A DNA stretch of 64,000 nucleotides from assembly GCF_006345805.1 (NCBI RefSeq), contig NC_043014.1, positions 48,980,001 to 49,044,000 of the forward strand. The letters run 5' to 3'. The notes below the pieces were generated by a model that did not search any database, was not told the origin of the DNA, and saw nothing but the letters and a program-made list of their open reading frames with translations. A program made the translations under genes and the position numbers. The first letter of the stretch is position 1. Every line of letters starts with the position of its first letter. Positions 61,757 to 64,000 of this stretch are shown in pieces. The DNA comes from Octopus sinensis. Its lineage: Eukaryota.

Positions 61757-63042
61757 TACATGTGCTCTTCAAAAAATAGCTCAATCAAGTGACCGGGAAA
61801 ATAGAAGGTCAGGTCTGATCTGAAGAACAATACAGTTGATGATTATGCCACCTGGTGGTGACTTGTGTGGGAATGTGGTTTATATGGACACGAGAAAGAC
61901 AACCTGAAGACGAGAACTAGGAGAAATACAACCTCTTATTATCACCACCATTACCAATGACATGAATGTCTTACCTGGAATAGAGATCAAGGAGACAGGA
62001 GACTCAGTCGAGGACTGTTTGGCTCTCAAAGATCTCAGTGCTAAAGGAGTAGACGTTGTCAGAAGATTTCAATGGGGAACCAAAAACGAAATCTATGTGT
62101 ATGTATAAAAGTGTAAGTTTATGTACACATGGGTTAATGCATATATGCACGTAAGCCAGTACCGCCTGACTGGCCCCCAAGCCGGTGGCACGTAAAAAGC
62201 ACCCACTACACTCTCGGAGTGGTTGGCAGTAGGAAGGGCATCCAGCTGTAGAAACTCTGCCAGATCAAGATTGGAGCCTGCTGCAGCCATCTGGTTCGCC
62301 AGTCCTCAGTCAAAATCGTCCGACCCATGTTAGCATGGAAAGCGGACGTTAAACGATGATGAACGATGATGTGTGTGTGTGTGCATATATACGGAGGTAC
62401 ATGGCCTGGTGATACTAATTATTGCACTAACAATCACAAGACCAGGGTCTTGACACCCAGACCAGGGAGCGTGTTGTGTTCTTGAGCAAAACCATTTCAC
62501 ATTGCTTTGCAATCACTACGTGGTGCACCATACACCTGTACAGGTAGTGTCCATTTGACAAAGGGAGTGAGCTAACATACAGCACAAACACTTGATCACT
62601 GTAAACAGATCATCTATGCAGGTTGTCCCACAAATTGCAGAACCCTCATCTATCATTTACAACAGGAGAGTCTGCCACATACATTCATGTGTGTAAGTGG
62701 ATGTGTGCATGTGTTAGTATATATGTGTACATGTTTGTAGGTATATGTATACATACGTGTATGAGAAGGAATGGAAGTGTACTTGTGTTTAACTCAAAAA
62801 AAACAGAGGCTTTGCCAAAATTCAGTGATAGAAACCAGTTAAATTTTGTTCCAGAACTAAAATAATTGACTTGTTGTTTTCTAAAAGTGAGAGAGAAAGA
62901 CAGGCATTTAATTAAGCTAACAAAGAGAAATACCGAACATTTAGAAATTGACAGAAGGATCCAAATAAATGTCTTTTATCTGGAAACAATTTTTCACATA
63001 CTTTTTAATGGTTTTGTCTTAGATACGAAGGATATTCAAACA

Positions 63043-63530
63043 TGGTTTACCCTTTACCATTTAAACTGGCCCAAATATTCTACCTGTTTTATGTTCAAAC
63101 TGGCCAGATTCAGCCTCTCACACCTACCCTTTAATGTCAAAAATAAACAATCATACGTGGCTGAAGCCAGTGCCACCTTGACTGGCTTCTGTGCCGGTGG
63201 AACGTAAAAAGCACCATCCAAACGTGGTCAATGCCAGCACCACCTTGACTGGCTTCTGTGCTGGTGACACATAAAAAGCACCCACTACACTCACAGAATG
63301 GTTGGCGTTAGGAAGGGCATCCAGCTGTAGAAACACTGCCAGATCAGACTGTAGCCTGGTGCAGCCTCCTGGCTTCCCAGACCCAGGTCCGTACTAGCAC
63401 AGAAAACGGACGTTAAACGATGATGGTGATGAACAAATATTTCAAAGCTAGAAGATAATGCATGTTAATATAAAACAATGTAAAGAACATAAGCATTGCA
63501 TTGACAGAGTAAACCGAATGCTAAAGGATG
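63043..63530 (+). mobile_element. MITE family E interrupted by an RTE 3' end (about 63160-63432)
   Basis: MITE halves flank the RTE; right end AATGCTAAAGG. Confidence 0.7.
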
Positions 63531-64000
63531 AAATACACTAATGTCTGTGGAATTTTCAGCCACTACAATGAGTAGGAAGTTGTCATTGATCAACCATTTA
63601 CCAAAATAGTGCAACAAGATCCATGCATATGACAGAAGCTGGTGACAGACAATTACTGCCTGGTCTGTCACCAGGTACAATAGTCTAGACATTGTCAAAT
63701 CTGAATTCTTTCAGTTGTCAACAGTTGAACTAGTAACGTCCATAGTCAAACTTTTGTTGAAAATTGTTTGAATGAAATGGGCCACCACTCTTACACACTC
63801 ACACACCCTTATTTGGGTGTGTATGTATAAAATGTAAATGTATAAGCATACCGATATGCCTTTTGTATACCAGTGCATTTTAATTATAAAATAAGGTGAC
63901 TAATTTATCACTATTTATGGCCCAATAATAAAGTTACTTCAAACTACTACAGCTGACTCAATGTCAGGTACAACCTTGAGTTTCAACAACCTTTTTATGT

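Noticed and set aside
56798-64000. First coding exon of the USP15-like gene (should end in phase-2 TG|GT and encode about 30 aa)
   Set aside because: Candidate TG|GT sites at about 58210, 59892 and 63600 have upstream stops, no ATG, or give non-homologous peptides. The exon probably lies beyond the window.

Overview
This is AT-rich, repeat-dense animal genomic DNA. The repeat content (tRNA-derived SINEs, RTE LINE 3' ends, long (TA)n/(TG)n tracts) suggests an octopus or related cephalopod, which is an inference. One gene dominates: a minus-strand USP4/11/15-family ubiquitin-specific protease (USP15-like; DUSP-UBL-catalytic USP domain). I traced 22 coding exons by hand from 56797 down to the stop at 7551. 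All introns are GT-AG and all phases match, giving 3052 nt, about 1016 codons. The Cys-box, His-box, catalytic Asp and the split CxxC pair are intact. The first coding exon was not found and probably lies beyond 64000. Introns and flanks hold three tRNA-SINE families, many 5'-truncated RTE ends, CR1 and mariner remnants, two TTAA-flanked piggyBac-type MITE families, AT-rich fold-back elements inside (TA)n, and a GC-rich 28-bp minisatellite. I found no clearly new protein-coding system. The best leads are: (1) a tandem hairpin plus H-type pseudoknot motif with covariation in the RTE 3' UTR; (2) two unalignable MITE families whose seven intact copies are all exactly 221 bp; (3) a frame-preserving 60-nt linker exon positioned like the alternatively spliced vertebrate USP15/USP4 exon; (4) several inverted-repeat pairs that could form dsRNA in the pre-mRNA. 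All coordinates and alignments were done by eye.
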